Positions 39,311 to 53,989 are shown, counted from the first letter of the stretch. The stretch is DNA of 64,000 nt from Callorhinchus milii (GCF_018977255.1 NW_024704743.1:35156001-35220000), one strand, 5' to 3'. Numbers and translations are program-made. The notes: a model not told the origin generated them from the sequence alone.

Positions 39311-41221
39311 CCCCAAATTTCTCGAAGAATTACTCAAAAAAGAGAGCTAAGGATGAAGGGACTACAGTATTCGGCCCATTTAATCCCGTCCTTCCCAAAT
39401 GTCACTCTACTTCCTTCGACAAACATATCTAAAATGATTGGCTTAACCAACTGTCCTTGAAACTCATTCCACTGTTGATTATATTCTGTGTAAAGACATA
39501 CTTTAGGTATTAGCCTAGCTCAGTTTCATCGAGGTTAAGGCAGCACTGGTGGCATTTAAGCTTATGCAGGACCAACCGATACAGCCAATGCCATACTCTG
39601 CTCAGTCGATATTACAGGCATTCAATTATCTAATTTTTACCAGAATAGCAGCAAGAAAAGGAAAATATTTAAAAACTAAACCGACCATTACAATTCTAGT
39701 TGCCTAAACAAAACACCACCCTATTGTGCTCCACAATATTTTTTTACCAAAAAGATATTACAATACCAGCAGTCATCTTAATTCCTGAGTCAGGAATCCA
39801 GAGCCTCAACACGTGAGGAGCTCTGATGGTTTCAATCAAACACTTTGTTTTCTCCAGAGAAACATTTGGCCAAAGTAGCCCCTATAAAAGAGCGGTATAC
39901 ACAGGCTGGAGACTTCAATTTAGATTACATTGCAACTCTAAAGGGAGCTGTGAACACTTTCCTGACAGATAGGATAGGAAATGACAAAAGTGCTGTATAT
40001 ACACCAACATAATTCTGATTTACAAAAGAATGACAAGGAAGAGGAGTTGATGATAATAATACAAAGTAAAAACATATGGGATATTTTTAAATTATTTGGC
40101 CTGGGATGACAAATGGTAAATAACTAAAAAAAATTACAATCACAGAGTAACTCGGAAACCCATCACCATGCTTAAGAGTATCCAAACCAAGCTGAGAATT
40201 CCATGCATCCCACCTACACATAGATATTCCAGAAATAGATTGCTGGAATTGAATGTGCACTCTCTACTTGGAGGGACGCATCCCGCTTACCTAATTCCAG
40301 AAAGAATTAGGCCCAGGTTGGCAAGTTCCAAGGCTTGGGAACCCCAGAGTGTGCGTTGGGGTACTGCTAGAGTCTAACCAGCTAAAACCGCTTATCTTGC
40401 CATTGATAATGCTGTCTAGCAGGCTTTCCCACTGCTTGCCAAGCTAAAACCACCCTACCCATTAGGGCTTTGGCTTGCAGGGTTAAAAGGAGCTAAGTGG
40501 GATGACTCCCTGCTACCAGTGACTGGTCTGCCCTTCCAACTACTACCGATGAGCCAGGCTGGCTCTGCTGCCATCAGCAGTGCCCAGGAACACTGCAACC
40601 CGCCTGGCTCAGAAACCAGACTACCGAGACCGCCACAGAGGGCTGGCTCGATTCTGACATTTCAATGACTAGCATGCTACCTTGGAGCCAGTTCAGCTCC
40701 AAGGAGACACAACTTACCTCTCCCAGGAGGATAGTAATTAACTAAAAACATAATAGTGAGTGAAAACAACTATAATAAAGAGCCCATAGATTCTTAGTAA
40801 AGGGAATCAGATACAAGGTTTGAAAAATAGTATTAAAGGATATGGCAACAAGTAGGTGAGATTAAATCAAGTAGTTAATGTGGAGGAAAACACCGGCCCA
40901 GACCTGATGGGCGAAGTGGTCTGTATCTGTGCTGTAACATTCTATGATTCAATTCTACAAACCTGCAAGGAAATGCCTGACTTATGAAATTGCCCCATGA
41001 AAACTTATTTTTAAAAAACATTGAAAATAAAAATGGGAAAATTGCATTGCAGCAAGCTCAGCATCTGCCACAGCATACCCTTGATGTGGCAGCCAACACA
41101 TGCTATTTGGAGCTGAAAGTTCCAGGACTAAACTAACCCCAAAACTCTTCCATATGGCACCAACCCTTTAAACAGGCAATAGAGAGCTTTGTTTTCATAA
41201 CATTCAAAATAGATTTGCCCC

Positions 41222-41435
41222 CACCCTTTGGAACTCCTTCCCAATCCCTTCACCTTGCCTCATTCAAGGCACATCTCAAGACACTCCTCTTCAAATGCGC
41301 CTTCAGCCACCCTCCCTTCCCTCCACCCCTCCTGATCCCAACACCCTGCTCAGGTCCAAATTCTTGACTGTCCAGCGACTTGGGATGTCCTCTCAACATG
41401 AAAGGCGCTATAGAAATGTAATTTGTTGTTGTTGT
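41222..41435 (+). mobile_element. L2 3' end
   Basis: LWNSFP..FKAHLKTLLF-like coding end; stem-loop and (TTG)n. Confidence 0.85.
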
Positions 41436-44051
41436 AGATTGTTTTGTTAGTTTAGGTTGGAGGTATTCAATAAACAGACTTCCACTGCCAGAATACACAG
41501 ATCAACCTGTATGGTGTGGAGTCACGATAATGTATGCCTTTAATGGTAAAATGGGTTAGAATTAGCTGATGTAAATCTCTACATAGAATCTGCATCATCT
41601 GTAGCAGTTTAAACTAATTAATGTTATAAGCGTGCCCCAGGAAATCTGTACTATTTGTTCTCTGCACCAAATGTTCTGAAAGCAAATTGCAATGTGCATT
41701 CACAGTATTGTATCATTCGGAAGAACCAAATTCAAGAGGGAATTGGATAGCTGTTATAAGGCAAAGAGATCAATCGAGGGGCATAAAATTAATGATGCAT
41801 TTTATTTAAACTTTGGGACTGGGCAGGTGGAGCACAATGGTCTTTTCCAGTCCTGTACATTCCCATGTACAATTTGATTTCTTTTGCAGAGGCACCCCTA
41901 CCTGCATTTTCTACTCTGGTATTTTCAGTTTCTCACACTTTGCGATATTTACCCGTGAAATTGGGCCAGTTATGTGCTGTGCACTGATGCATAATGGAAA
42001 TCATATCAAGGCTGCCTAAATTCCTTTCCCAAAAATATTTTATGAGATCAGTGCATATGTTCTGCAAGAACAGAAGCCAGCAGAGGAGCTAATGACTATA
42101 ATACAAGTTCATGGTTCTACTGATCTTAATAAACCACCTGTAACCCCTCAGTTGCACACTTTAATTTTGCACTCCCACAAATCTGTCAGCCCAGGTTTTC
42201 TTTCATAATTCAAGCAAGATAAAACAAAATATTCTAGTAACACAGTAGAGACACAAGACTGACTTTCTTCCAAATACAGGATGATACATGATTCTGATCA
42301 CAGCAGTAGTGGTAGATACGATAGAAAAATGAGGCGGTGACAGTCAAGCTTCCCATTCAAAAGTCTATCATACAATATGTTTTTAAACATCACAGGTGAC
42401 CTGAGCACATTCCAAGACTGCAAAATAATTGTGGCTCTCGAGTTACCTTTTGAAAGGCACTTCACTCATATGACTTAAGGTATCACTTGAGCCCCTTTCC
42501 TTTCGCTACTACCTTGTAATGCAATTCAAGGCAAAGAAAAGTACATTGGATGCACTATGTGTGTTTGAGGTATCCAGTTTATAACACAACAGCTCTATTA
42601 TGTCAAGGATTTTGTGACATTATTTTGTGGAAAATATTACTTTTCAAAATGGAAATTATGCAACTGACCACCAACCAGTAGAAAGTAACAAAGCTTGTGA
42701 TATTGGGCCCGTGCAGTTTTAGGGTGCTGTATGCTAAGGATTTCTTTTCAGGAATATTTACAACATAAGACAAGGTTTGAATTGTACTTACTTTTAAACA
42801 GAGTGCACATTTGCAGGCATGCAGTTGCACAGTGCACTGAAGCTCTGCTGCACTGTGACATGGATATGCAGGGCACACCGAGTTTCTGATCTCAGCTGTG
42901 CTATCAGGGGAGAAGCTGAAAAGGAGCCAGGCACCATGCCACAGGGAGACTAAAATCAAAAGAGGGAATCACTCCAGACAGCAGCTTATACAGCACTGAC
43001 GGAGCACCGGCACGCCCTGGGAATATAGTTGTATGGTGTGTGAGATCTAAGAGAGAGAGGAAAGACAAGAGAAAAATGGACTTGAAGAAAGACTGACAAT
43101 GTTGGAAACGGAGACTGAATAGCTGCACACTTCGACAGTGAAATGCTGCTTGTAATTGCAAAGCAAACTGACGCTGTATACAGATCAAGAGAAGGGCTTG
43201 CTATCAAGAAAATGATTGAGGCCTACAGACCAGTGAGGCACTAGGTTTAATGCCCAGATCAATGCTGAGGGAGCTCATCACCAATTGGCGACGGCAGCAT
43301 TTCCCTTAGCTTCCCCTGGGAAAAGACAAAATTATTCACGTTTGCTGCTCCTGATCATTACCCTGCAGTACCTGCTAGAAAAAGTGTACATATCAACTGA
43401 GTGCACGATCAGACTCAGCTGTGATTCCTAAATGGCCTCCCTCTCCATCCCCCACACGCAAAGTTTCTTTGACCCAGTTACTGTGACAAATGTTATTTTT
43501 GCAAGCTATCAGATGATCGGTTCCATTTGTAGAAGTGTACCCCAGCTCAATCAACACTCTCAAGAGGGGAAGGTATAAAGAATAGGGAAAGAGCTAGAGA
43601 TACAGTGGATCTGCCACAAAACAAATATCATTTAAAGATTAATATCCCTTCCGTAAACCATTTTCTTTTACTGCAATGCAGTTTTTGATGGATGACATCA
43701 GATATATAAGACTAAATCCAATTCAGACCATATTTCCATCCAGAGTTATTGAAGATAAATATTTTGCTTACATTCTTATTCTACTAAATCAGTCAATTAG
43801 GTGTCCACATGACAAAGTTTGACACTTCTGGATGGGATTTGAAGAGATGAGATATGGTTTTATTACCATTAGATATCTTTATTGACCATTTTAAATATGG
43901 CATAGTGTTTATAAAGACACAACTGGCATCTGCTGCCAGTATGCCTGATTTTTTTGGTAAAATGTGAGGACCAAAGTATGCCCAGTCTTAGTGATTTTGT
44001 TACGTTTATTCTACAGCATTGCTAAACAGTTCTACAAAGCGCCTGTGGCAG

Positions 44052-44419
44052 TAATAATAATAATACTTCCATTTGATATAGCATCTCATCACATCGCTGA
44101 GATGTCTCAAAGCGATTCATAGAATATACTATAAAGTGTATTGACTGTAAATTTTGTGGGCAAAACACGGCAGCCAATTGCGCACAGCGGTGTCTGACAG
44201 TCGTGGATTGAGTAACCAATTTATTACGTTTTCTTTAAGAGATTATTACCCGGGAAAAGTAATCCATCAATTGACTAACAACCGGGTTCCTACTTACTGC
44301 TAGTTGAACAGAGGCATGTGGAGTAAGGAAACTTGCCCAACATTTCGCCCTCTCCGGGAATCGAACTCGGATCCTCTCATTTGCAAGGCGAATGCACTAA
44401 CCACTAGATACAGGAATCC
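44052..44419 (-). mobile_element. tRNA-headed SINE, long subfamily
   Basis: Reverse complement aligns end to end with 62951-63315. Confidence 0.88.
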
Positions 44420-44694
44420 ATAAAGTAGTGTTTATTCCTCCTAATTCTATCTAAAATTATCTAAATCTGGCCATAGTGTATGGATTATGGGCTCCCCTTT
44501 TTAACCTTTACAGTGCATTTTGGAGTGTCTCTTTAATCCTTATTGTCTGAGTATGGTTAAGCTGAGGCAAGACACTGTCGAGTATATCTGCTGACAATTT
44601 TATGCCAGTTGTTCACAAGCTAAAGACTGAACTGGGTGTTCCATTAATTCTGACTTTCTTCATTATATAACCTTTTGATTCACTAAAGTCAGTT

Positions 44695-46248
44695 TAGTGA
44701 GTCAGGTCATCAATGACATCTTGACCATCTGCGACCAGGGCTCCCTCTGCCTCCTCGACCTATCGGCTGCTTTCGAAACGGTCAACCACTCTATCCTCCT
44801 CCACCGCTTGTCCTCCCACCTCAACCTTCAAGGCCCTGTCCTTGAGTGGTTTAGGTCCTACCTATTTTGCAAGCGAGAGACCTGAATTCAATTCCAGACA
44901 GGGCGAAACCTTGGGCAAGTTTCCTTACTCCACACGCCTAATAATAATCCCTCCAAAAACAAACAACAATAATAAATTGGTCATTTTCAATCTATGACCG
45001 TTTGTGGGACACTGCAGTGCGCAATTGGCTTTGCGTTTGCCCACAAATGTACAGTCAATTCACTTTACAGTATATTCTGTGAAGTGCTTAGGGACATCTA
45101 GAAGACATGAAAAGCACTATATCAAATGCAAGGATTATTATTATTACCTCTCCCACTGTCTTCATTTTGTCTCTGCAAACGGCTTTTCCTCCACCCCCCG
45201 TACTGTCGCGTGCGGTGTCCCTCAGGGCTCTGTCCTCGGTCCCCTCCTCTTCACCCTCTATATGCTCCCCCTCGGTGACATCATCCGCAGACATCCTCAA
45301 CTCCACGACCACCGATGTCCTGACAATCTGCCTGTCTGACATCGAGTCCTGGACGAGAGACAACTTTCTTCAGCTCAACGTGCATAAATCTGAGGCCCTT
45401 CTGATTGGCTCACGTCAGCGCCTCCGCACCTCAGGCGCTGACACCATCAGCATCCAAGGCTGCACTCTAAACCTCTCAAAGCCAGTCAGGAACCTCGGAG
45501 TTTTGTTCGACCCTGAGCTGTCCTTTCTCCCTCATATCCGCACCACAACTTGCACCGTCTTCCATCATCTCCGAAACATCGCGAGTCTACGGCACTACCT
45601 CACCCCGAACGCTGCTGAAGCTCTGGTCCACGCCTTTATCACCTCAAGGCTGGACTATGGGAACTCTCTCCTCGCCGGCCTTCCCGCCACCTCCCTCCAC
45701 AAGCTGCAGGTCATTCAGAACTCTGCAGCTCGTGTACTGTCCCGCACCAGGCTTCGGGACCACATCACTCCCACCCTCGCTCGCCTCCACTGGCTCCCCA
45801 TCCCCAGAGGATTGACTTCAAGATCCTCATCCTCACCTACAAGGCCATTCACGGCCTTGCTCCCTCCTACCTCTCCAACCTACTATCCCCCTACCTACCT
45901 GCCCGTACCCTCCGTTCCTCTGGCTCCGGTCTGCTCCACGTCCCCCGCCCCAACCGCCCTACCATCGGTGGCCGGGCCTTCAGCCTCTCAGCCCCGAGGC
46001 TCTGGAACTCCACCCCCCAGTGTCTTCGCCGCTTCCTCCCTTTCCTCCTTCAAGGCCGGTCTCAAGACCTTTCTCTTTGACTGTACCTTCAGTTCCCCTC
46101 TCGACTCTCTACCCCCTCCTCGCTCCCTCCCTTCCCTCCCCTCACCCTGACCATTTCCCCCCTACTTGGGTCCCGACCCAACTGCCAGCGCCTTGGGAAG
46201 TCCTCCCAACATGAAAGGCGCTCTATAAATGCAATCTTGTTGTTGTTA
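44695..46248 (+). mobile_element. Young L2 LINE, 5'-truncated RT plus 3' UTR (contains a nested SINE)
   Basis: [48 protein letters not shown] and LHWLPI motifs. Ends GCGCTCTATAAATGCAATC(TTG)n. Confidence 0.95.
44864..45144 (+). mobile_element. 5'-truncated SINE nested inside an L2 RT region
   Basis: Interrupts the L2 reading frame at ...WFRSYL|SH... and is flanked by TACCT direct repeats (44859-44863 and 45145-45149). Confidence 0.9.
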
Positions 46249-47320
46249 GATGACCAAAACCATTTATTTTGCTTTAAAACAAAAACTTGGCTCACCACCA
46301 GAACAGAAGTGGGAGGTGGACGAACCAAACAGGCAAGTGGAAGCTTAAAATCAATGCCGAAAAATAAAAGTTAGGTTAGCCTAGATTAAATGACAAAAAG
46401 GCATTAAATGCTGATTACATTTTTGAAAAAAAAGGGGCAAAAAAAGGGCAACATTTTTCAGTTATGTAAAATAGTTAATATCTGTATTTTAGGGTGAATA
46501 CTACAGTAATAGGATTCTTTGAGTACCGTTATTATTGTAACATAAGTATTTTCAGCATCACCCTGAAGTGGATCAGCAAACTTTAAGAGAACCAGTCAGC
46601 CCAGGGAGACAGGACTCTGCAGACATGGAAGAGTCCAACAAGTGGTGCAACAGAGAAAGTGAGAGAAGTAGTTACCCCTGAGAGTAGGCTATGCGAATAC
46701 TGTTATAACCTAGTAATTAATAAGGCTGTACGCATGGTTTACATTTTAATTCTTTGAGTGATCTTTGCCATCTTTCCTTCAAACTCTGAATGGTGAATAA
46801 CTATGATGTGGGGTGACACTTACACCAGCAGCCAAATTATCACACCAAGACACTCCAGATTAGGCTGGGAAGTGCTGTAAAGAACCTCTGATCTGTCCCA
46901 AGTATTTTAAGACCCAGTACACAAATGAGCCTGGGAGGAAAACCCACAACTGGTTAAGCAGGCACACTGGAGATAAAATGGGGACACTTAAAAATATAAA
47001 AGGTATAGTGGATTACAACACTCTCCTTTCATCTCGGAATATATGTTCAAACCCAACTAGACTCATTCAAAGCAATACGTGTCCCCATCTTCTTCCGTCA
47101 TTCTCTCTGCTGCAAGGACTTAAAATGCAGTTTGAAAAGTTTCAAACAAGTTGTTTGTGATGCATAGAGAGTACTATTGTACACACATAGTCTGTAGTAC
47201 AGTACATGGATGCCATTGCTTACAGGGTTTATTATTATTACCTTACAGTAACTGTGCCTATAAGTACATTCAAAGATTTAACAAAGAAAATTAGACAAAC
47301 AGATGGACAGTGGGTCTCAA

Positions 47321-47560
47321 ATAATAATGCTTGCATTTGATATAGTGCCTTATCACATCTTGGAGACTCTCAAAGCGCTTCACAGAATATACTGTAAAGT
47401 GAATTGACTGTATATTTTGTGGGAAAATAAAAATGATTCTCATAATCAGGGAACATATTCTTCCATAAAATACAGTCACTTCATTTATATACCCTATGAA
47501 GCACTTTGAGACATCCTCCTGATGTGAAAAAACGCTGTACGAAATGTGAGGATTATTGTT
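47321..47560. mobile_element. Two SINE 3' fragments in opposite orientation
   Basis: Minus-strand tail at 47321-47430 and plus-strand tail at about 47460-47560. Confidence 0.75.
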
Positions 47561-48624
47561 TTAAAACACAAGAAGATGGCTGGGATTAACATCTGTTTGT
47601 TTTACCCCACCTCTCCTCACCTGCCCACTCACTGCTAGTTGTTTAAATGGCCAGTTCTGATGATATCCCTTAAGGAATTAGCTTGGGAGAAATACTGCAT
47701 CAGATGGCATGAGGCAGTTCAGTTAACTTACACAGCTGAAATGTACTCCAGATTACTGACTGCATCTATACTAACATCAATTCAGCTGCCTCAGAGTTGG
47801 ACTCAGTAACTCCTCCCAGTCAGTACTCCCAATATTATCATTTAAAAAACACAGAAGCCTAAAATTATGAAGTAATTTCTAATGATATAGAATTGTTTGA
47901 ATGTGAAACCCACTCCCAAACTCTGAGAGATGCACTACATCAGCTAAACCAGCTTCAGTGTATTTCACATCACCCTACTGTGAATAACAATCTCTGAGAT
48001 AAAAAGGAAAGTAAATTGATAAAATATTAGACTAGGAACAAATTGATTTGAAGAAACAATTTTGGTCACATTTTCCACCTGAAATATGTCTACATGTTTA
48101 GCTTAGATCAATAAAATTGCAGTGAATGAGTTTGAAACTGGTTTTCAATTTATATCAGAAAATAAAATTTCCATAAATCCGAATTCCACAATGAAACGAC
48201 CACCTTTTCAGAGAAACGCACATCAAGGGTTTGGGGAAAGGGCAGGAGGGTAAATGGGAATGAAAGAATTGCTCTTAAAAGAGCCAGCTCAAACATGATG
48301 GGATGAATGGCCTTCTTCTATGCTATAAACTTCTATGGTTCTATGATATTTAATTCTGCAGGATGGAGGGATGTAGAGAAAAAAAAGAAAATGAAGCAAT
48401 GTTGAGGAATTCACTGAACACAACACTGTTTCCGAGTCCTACTATTTGCTTCAATTGTAGGGAACCAGGTAGTCACAAGGCACTATAAATAGTTACACTG
48501 CATCTCTGTATTAGAGGTCAACTTTCTGAATTAAATATCTAGGTTTTAAGAAAAAGGATTTCTGAATGCTGCATTTCTGAATTGAATTCAAAGGGTTCAA
48601 ACCTCCTGCTTGCACCCTGATATA

Positions 48625-48745
48625 TGTTTCGCCCACAAAATACATAGCCAATCCACTTTACAATATATTCTGTGAAGCGCTCTGAGATGTCTCAATGACG
48701 TGATAAGGCGCTGTATCAAATGCAAGGATTATTTTTTATTATTAT
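48625..48745 (+). mobile_element. SINE 3' fragment
   Basis: TTTCGCCCACAAAATAC...GCGCTGTATCAAATGCAAGGATTATT. Confidence 0.8.
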
Positions 48746-51699
48746 GTGCAGACGTACACTGCAATGGAGCTGGTGCAGAAGGCCGACTGTGTCGTAATCT
48801 GCCTAACAAAGCTCCTGCATCGTAAAAATTGAATTAACAAAAATTGAAGTACACGCAGTGTTGTCAGTCAGCAGAGCAGTGGGGGAGCTTTCAGAGTCTG
48901 TGTCTCCTTCATTCGACATTGGGGATAGTTTTCAGACATCAAGGCTCATCCCATAAAAGTGGTAAAACATATAGAGATTTTTTTTACAAAGTCACAATAT
49001 AGTGAAATGATTTTGAAAACTAAGAATGTGATTACAAAAATTAAGAAAATATTGAGAAAATATTAAAATTGCTAGTGAAGCCTCATTTAAACTCTTAATT
49101 CCAGCCCCTTTGCTGAACCCTTCTAATATTTTCTTTTGTCTCTTTGGTCCCAGTTTAGAAGGTGGGAACATTTCTGGCATATGCCAATGTGTCTGTAACA
49201 AGCCACATGGTGGTGCACCAAAACACTCAAGAGGAGAGTTCTCCTCTCCCTGAAGGGGAAAGGGCTAAGCTTCTATTTGGCACCTTCTGCTTAGGACCTG
49301 GGTGAGAAATTAGGAACTTTCTGCACACCTGAATCCCCTCCACTGGGTATACTGTCATACTGGGCATACAAGATCCTGTCACGTAACATAAAGTGCTAAC
49401 CACTGGACAGCTCCATTGAGGACATTACACATGGCCCTATTCATATAATTTAAATCACACGATTAGTGTAACTGCTTTGGTCCTTGCTAAAGCCATTATA
49501 GTACTGCAGACACACAATGCTGGAACAAGTATGTAAACCTGTGATTAATGCTATTGTCCACTTTTCTTACCATGCTAATTGTGATGAATAGGGAAGTAGT
49601 TTAAAGTCCGCAAGATGGCATTTTTATTCAGACAAGAGATTAGTTTCCCAGGGTAAAAATGACAATAAATAATATCTACCACATTGGCACTGCACATATC
49701 AAGACACCTTTTCACACAATTACTGTACCACCAAAAAATACTGCTTGATTCCAAAGGGGTACCATTTGGCCAGTGTCACTAATACCTTTACCGAAAATCC
49801 GAGGACTAGAATAATTTTATTAGAAAGGAACGAAGACATAAACCTGTCTTTGCAGGTTTGCTAAATTACTCTGTTTCTGCTTTCAGTAACATTCTGTAGT
49901 TGCATGCAAATTATAAGCCATTCTATTGTGCAAACCATCACTTACACCCACCATCATTATTGTGCTGGTTTAGCCACAAGCTCTTCTTCCCCCCAACCCC
50001 AACATATGACTTGTAATTAATGGGGTCAGAAATTTGAAGATTAGACACTGGCACGGGGGGGAGGCACTGGTAGTCAGTTGGAAGGAACCAGTGAAACTGG
50101 CATGTGAAACTCAACAGGCTATTGACAATTTCCAGTCAGTTGTTAGCCCTGGCCAATCAATTGGCACTTGGACACTTATGAGTAGTCGTGCTGCTTTTGG
50201 CCATCAAAATTGTGTGATATTTATGCTTTTGCTTCCCTTTCCTTAACTCCCTATTTCGGCACTTGCATGCCCTGTCCGTGCTCATCTTTCTCTTAAAATG
50301 ACCCAATTAATACTGAACACTGTATATATAAATTAGTATTGCATCATTCTCCAGTGTCACTGCACCAACAAGCCAATTTGCCAATCAAATGTCTCCAGAA
50401 TTTTGGGAGCGAATACAAGCTGCTGAGTTGGAAGTTTGTGGAGGGTTCAGCTCAGAGAACATTGTTTAGCAAGGACACATATGCATAAACTCCCACATGC
50501 ACAGGCTCCCAGCTAGAGTGCACAAGGCCAGTGGAAGAAAGACCCAGAAACATCTGACGGAAGAGTCAGAAAACTTCCATTTGAAACTGACATGGATTTC
50601 TTTTCATTACCACATGATAGTCTACATTGCACGGAACAGTCGTTTCCAATCTGCTGGGACCATAAAACAAAACGTGGTGAACTTTACGGTATCTCATAAC
50701 AGATTAGATTTTAGAATAATTTCAAGAGTTTCAGTTGATAATTATTGTCAGGTTTCAGTTCTGAACTGTACCCCCCTCTTCAATTTTGATGTTATGGTTG
50801 CTCTGTAGAAACCTTTGGAAAAATGTTGATAACCATCTATTTGTCAGGGCGAGTGAAGAAATACATTTTTAATCAGCAACAAGTATAGTTGCTTTGTTGT
50901 GTTAAGCCAGTTTGCTACTTTTAGATAATTATACAAACTTTGTTTTCTGCGATTGGGAGCACAGAGAATTTTGAGCAATCGGCCTGAACTTACCCACAGT
51001 TGTGTCAAGGTAAACCATATGCTTTGGATGTATAATTTAGACCATTAGACTTGATTTTCTGCAAGTTTTACTTGAGCTACTTCAGGGGGTAGAGGAAATG
51101 TGGCAGGACCTTTCCTCGGAAGAATAAATGAGTTAGGTTGAGAGGAATCAAATGTACATTGACTGTGGAAGCAATAACTTGATGGGCTGAATATTCTTTT
51201 CTGTGCTTTGCCAAATAGCATCCTGATATGCCTGTTCCATAGTTAGGTTGCAGAGAGTAGAGGAGAACTGTCAACGCAAGAGCATGAAAGAGCTTCTATT
51301 CAAGGCGTGAGGTAGTCCTAAGGAGTTGAGGGAAAAGGCAATGTTTGACGAGCTGCTCTTTTCCTGTTATAAATGCTGGGTATCAGTCACTGCATTCTAC
51401 AGTGTTTCCTGTGAAGTGCTTTGAGAGGTTTTGACTGTAATAAGAAACTATAGCAAATGCAAGAATTATTATATTATAAAAAAGAAACATATTCCTTAAA
51501 ATTATCAGCTTTAATATTACACCCAATTCTAAGTGGCTGTTTCAGTATAATCTAATAAATGTAATACAGTTCATGGGTGGGTGGAGGGAAAGGAGAGAAG
51601 TTAGGAGAGGTCCCAGGAATATCTGAAGTTCATATTATAATTCTCCCCCTCCACTATGTTCTGCAGTATTATCTCTATTCATCCGTTTTATTGCAGTAA

Positions 51700-51925
51700 C
51701 CCCATTTGTTTTGCATCATTAACACCCCTTTAATCCATCATCCCCTATCCTCTACCCATTTTCTCCTTTGTCTTCCTTGCCCTACTACCCACCCTCTGTT
51801 AGCCCTTAAAAGCCTCTCCCTCCCAACATGCCCCAGTTCTGACAAAGCGTCGTGGACCCAAAACGTTGACTCACTTTTCTTTTTCCATAGATGCTGCCTG
51901 ATCTGTTCTCAGCGACTTCTCACCT
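51700..51925 (+). mobile_element. Probable Penelope-like element terminal fragment
   Basis: TCTGACAAAGCGTCGTGGACCCAAAACGTTGACTC...AGATGCTGCCTGA resembles the recalled CTGAnGAAGGGTC..CCCGAAACGT terminus. A second copy lies at 58243-58340. Confidence 0.55.
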
Positions 51926-52660
51926 GACGGGTACCCTCCGGCATCCGCAGACATGGGGTACATTTCCACATGTATGCGGACGACACCCAACTCTATTTTT
52001 CCACCTCTCTTTGAGACCCCCAGTCCCCTGATGTTCTGTCAGCCTGCCTGTCAGATCTCAGGGGCTGGATGAGCACAAATTTCCTTCAGCTGAACGTTAA
52101 CAAGACAGAAACCATACTCTTTGGCTCTCGTCAATGTCTAAAATCTCACGGTTCTCACCTCCTCCACCTACCCGACCTCCCATTAAAACTCTCTGAACCC
52201 GTATGCAACCTAGGCGTCAGGTTCGACCCCCAATTATCCTGGCTCCCTCTCCCAGAGAGGATCGATTTCAAGATCCTCACCCCGTCTTCAAATCCCTCCA
52301 CTCCTCCCTCTACCTCTCTGACCTTCTCTTTTCTCAAAACAGTGCCCGTTGCCTTTGTTTCTCCAGGTCTGGCCTCCTCCAGGTCTGGCTCCTCCTTGTC
52401 CCCGGGGCCTTTGCTCCACCCTCGGCGGGTGTGCCTTCAGCCACTACTCTCTGAGGCTCTGGAACTCCCTTCCTCACTCCCTTCGCCTCGCTTCTTCTCT
52501 TCCTACTTTCAGGTCTCTGCTGAAGACCTTTCTTTTCGGCTGCGCCTTTGGTCACCTTCCTCCCCCTCCCCTTGGCTCGACCCCGGGATCCATTACTGTG
52601 AAGCACTCTGAGCCGCCGTCCGGCATGGAGGTGCTATATAAATCCAAGTTGTTGTTGAGT
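51925..52660 (+). mobile_element. L2 RT 3' portion with an internal deletion
   Basis: ATGTATGCGGACGACACCCAA encodes MYADDTQ, followed by LQLNVNKTE and a deletion joining PQLS to WLPLPERIDFK. (TTG)n tail. Confidence 0.92.
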
Positions 52661-52845
52661 GTGCATTAAAAGGCACAAAAACAAAGCATTCTCAGAACTG
52701 ACATCTTTCACATCGATGAGCAAAAAAAAGTATTGGTAGTTTACACTGAACCAAAGTATCAGCCGAGCTGAGTTGGTATTACTTGCGTGAATCAGAGATG
52801 ACTCATTTGCTAACAAGACCTTCTTATGCCAGCAAATAGATTGGC

Positions 52846-53925
52846 ATCAGCCTGGCTCAGCTGGTAACACACTAGCGTGTGAATCACAAGTTAGTGAGTT
52901 GAAACCCAATGTCTCGACTTTGAACTCACAAGCTGACATTCCAATACAGTGTTGGGGATGCACTGCATTGTCAGAGGTGTATGGCACTATCCAAAAAGAG
53001 AAGCAAGTTTCTCTCATTGCCCTTTTTCACAATCTTCTGGATAAAACTAATCATTCACATTATTGTCATTTGCCCTACCTCTCTGACTTCCTCACTCCCC
53101 AATCCACCACCCGGTGCCTCCGCTCAACTGGCACGGCTTGTCCCTTGGATCCTCCGCTCCATCATTGGAGGTCGAGCTTTCAGCCATTACGCCCCGAAAC
53201 TTTGCAACGCTCTCCCTCAATCCCTCCGCCTTGCCCCCTCTCTCCTTCCTTTTCGACCTTGTTTACGGTCACCTCCCACACCCCTGGCTCTGAGTCAGGC
53301 TCTGCCATTGTTAAGTGCTCAGACGCTGCCCTGCGTGGAGGGCACTATATAAGTGCAAGTTGTTGTTGTTTGTAGGATAGCAGGAATTGGCTCCTGCCTT
53401 TGACTACAAAATCCACTACACACTACAGTAAATCCTGTGAAGCGCTTTGGAACCTCCTCCCACTTTGGAAGGTTCAAAGTGGAAGCTTCCACTGGAAGCT
53501 GTATCAAATGTAAGATGATGAAGACTGTGGATTCAAGCGCAATAATTGGGATTTGGGGATTTTGAGCTCATAATTAAGGCTGACGCTGCAATGCAATTTA
53601 GGCTGACGCTGCATGGTTGAAAGTGCAGACTTTTGGATGAGATGTTAAACCTAGTCTGTTTGTTCAGGTGCAAGTTAAAGATCGCACAATAGTATACAGA
53701 AAGAGAAGGGAAACCTGGAAAATAATCATCATGGATACTGGTCATTCACTTCATGGATACTGGTCATTCACTTCATGGCTGTTTATGGAACAGTACTGTG
53801 GCGAGGTTGGCTGCTTTGATGGCCTAAAAATACAATTACTACACTGCATTTTACAGAATAACTCTGAAACACTTTTAAACTTTTCAACATTATAGGCCCT
53901 ATATCAAATGTAAGAATTATTATTT
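52846..53925 (+). mobile_element. Nested cluster of older DeuSINE pieces with an L2 3' fragment at 53070-53370
   Basis: SINE head at 52846, L2 C-terminal peptide IIGGRAFSHYAPKLCNALP with a (TTG)n tail, and a second DeuSINE body at about 53610-53925. Confidence 0.7.
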
Positions 53926-53989
53926 ATATCTGAAGTCCTAAACCATTTTGACAGCTCCTGTTAAATGATAATAGTTTCTTAAATGCAAA

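Noticed and set aside
45107..46150. Longest ORF in the window (347 aa)
   Set aside because: It is a chimera of SINE tail and L2 ORF2 C-terminus, lacking YADD and frameshifted. It is not a host gene.
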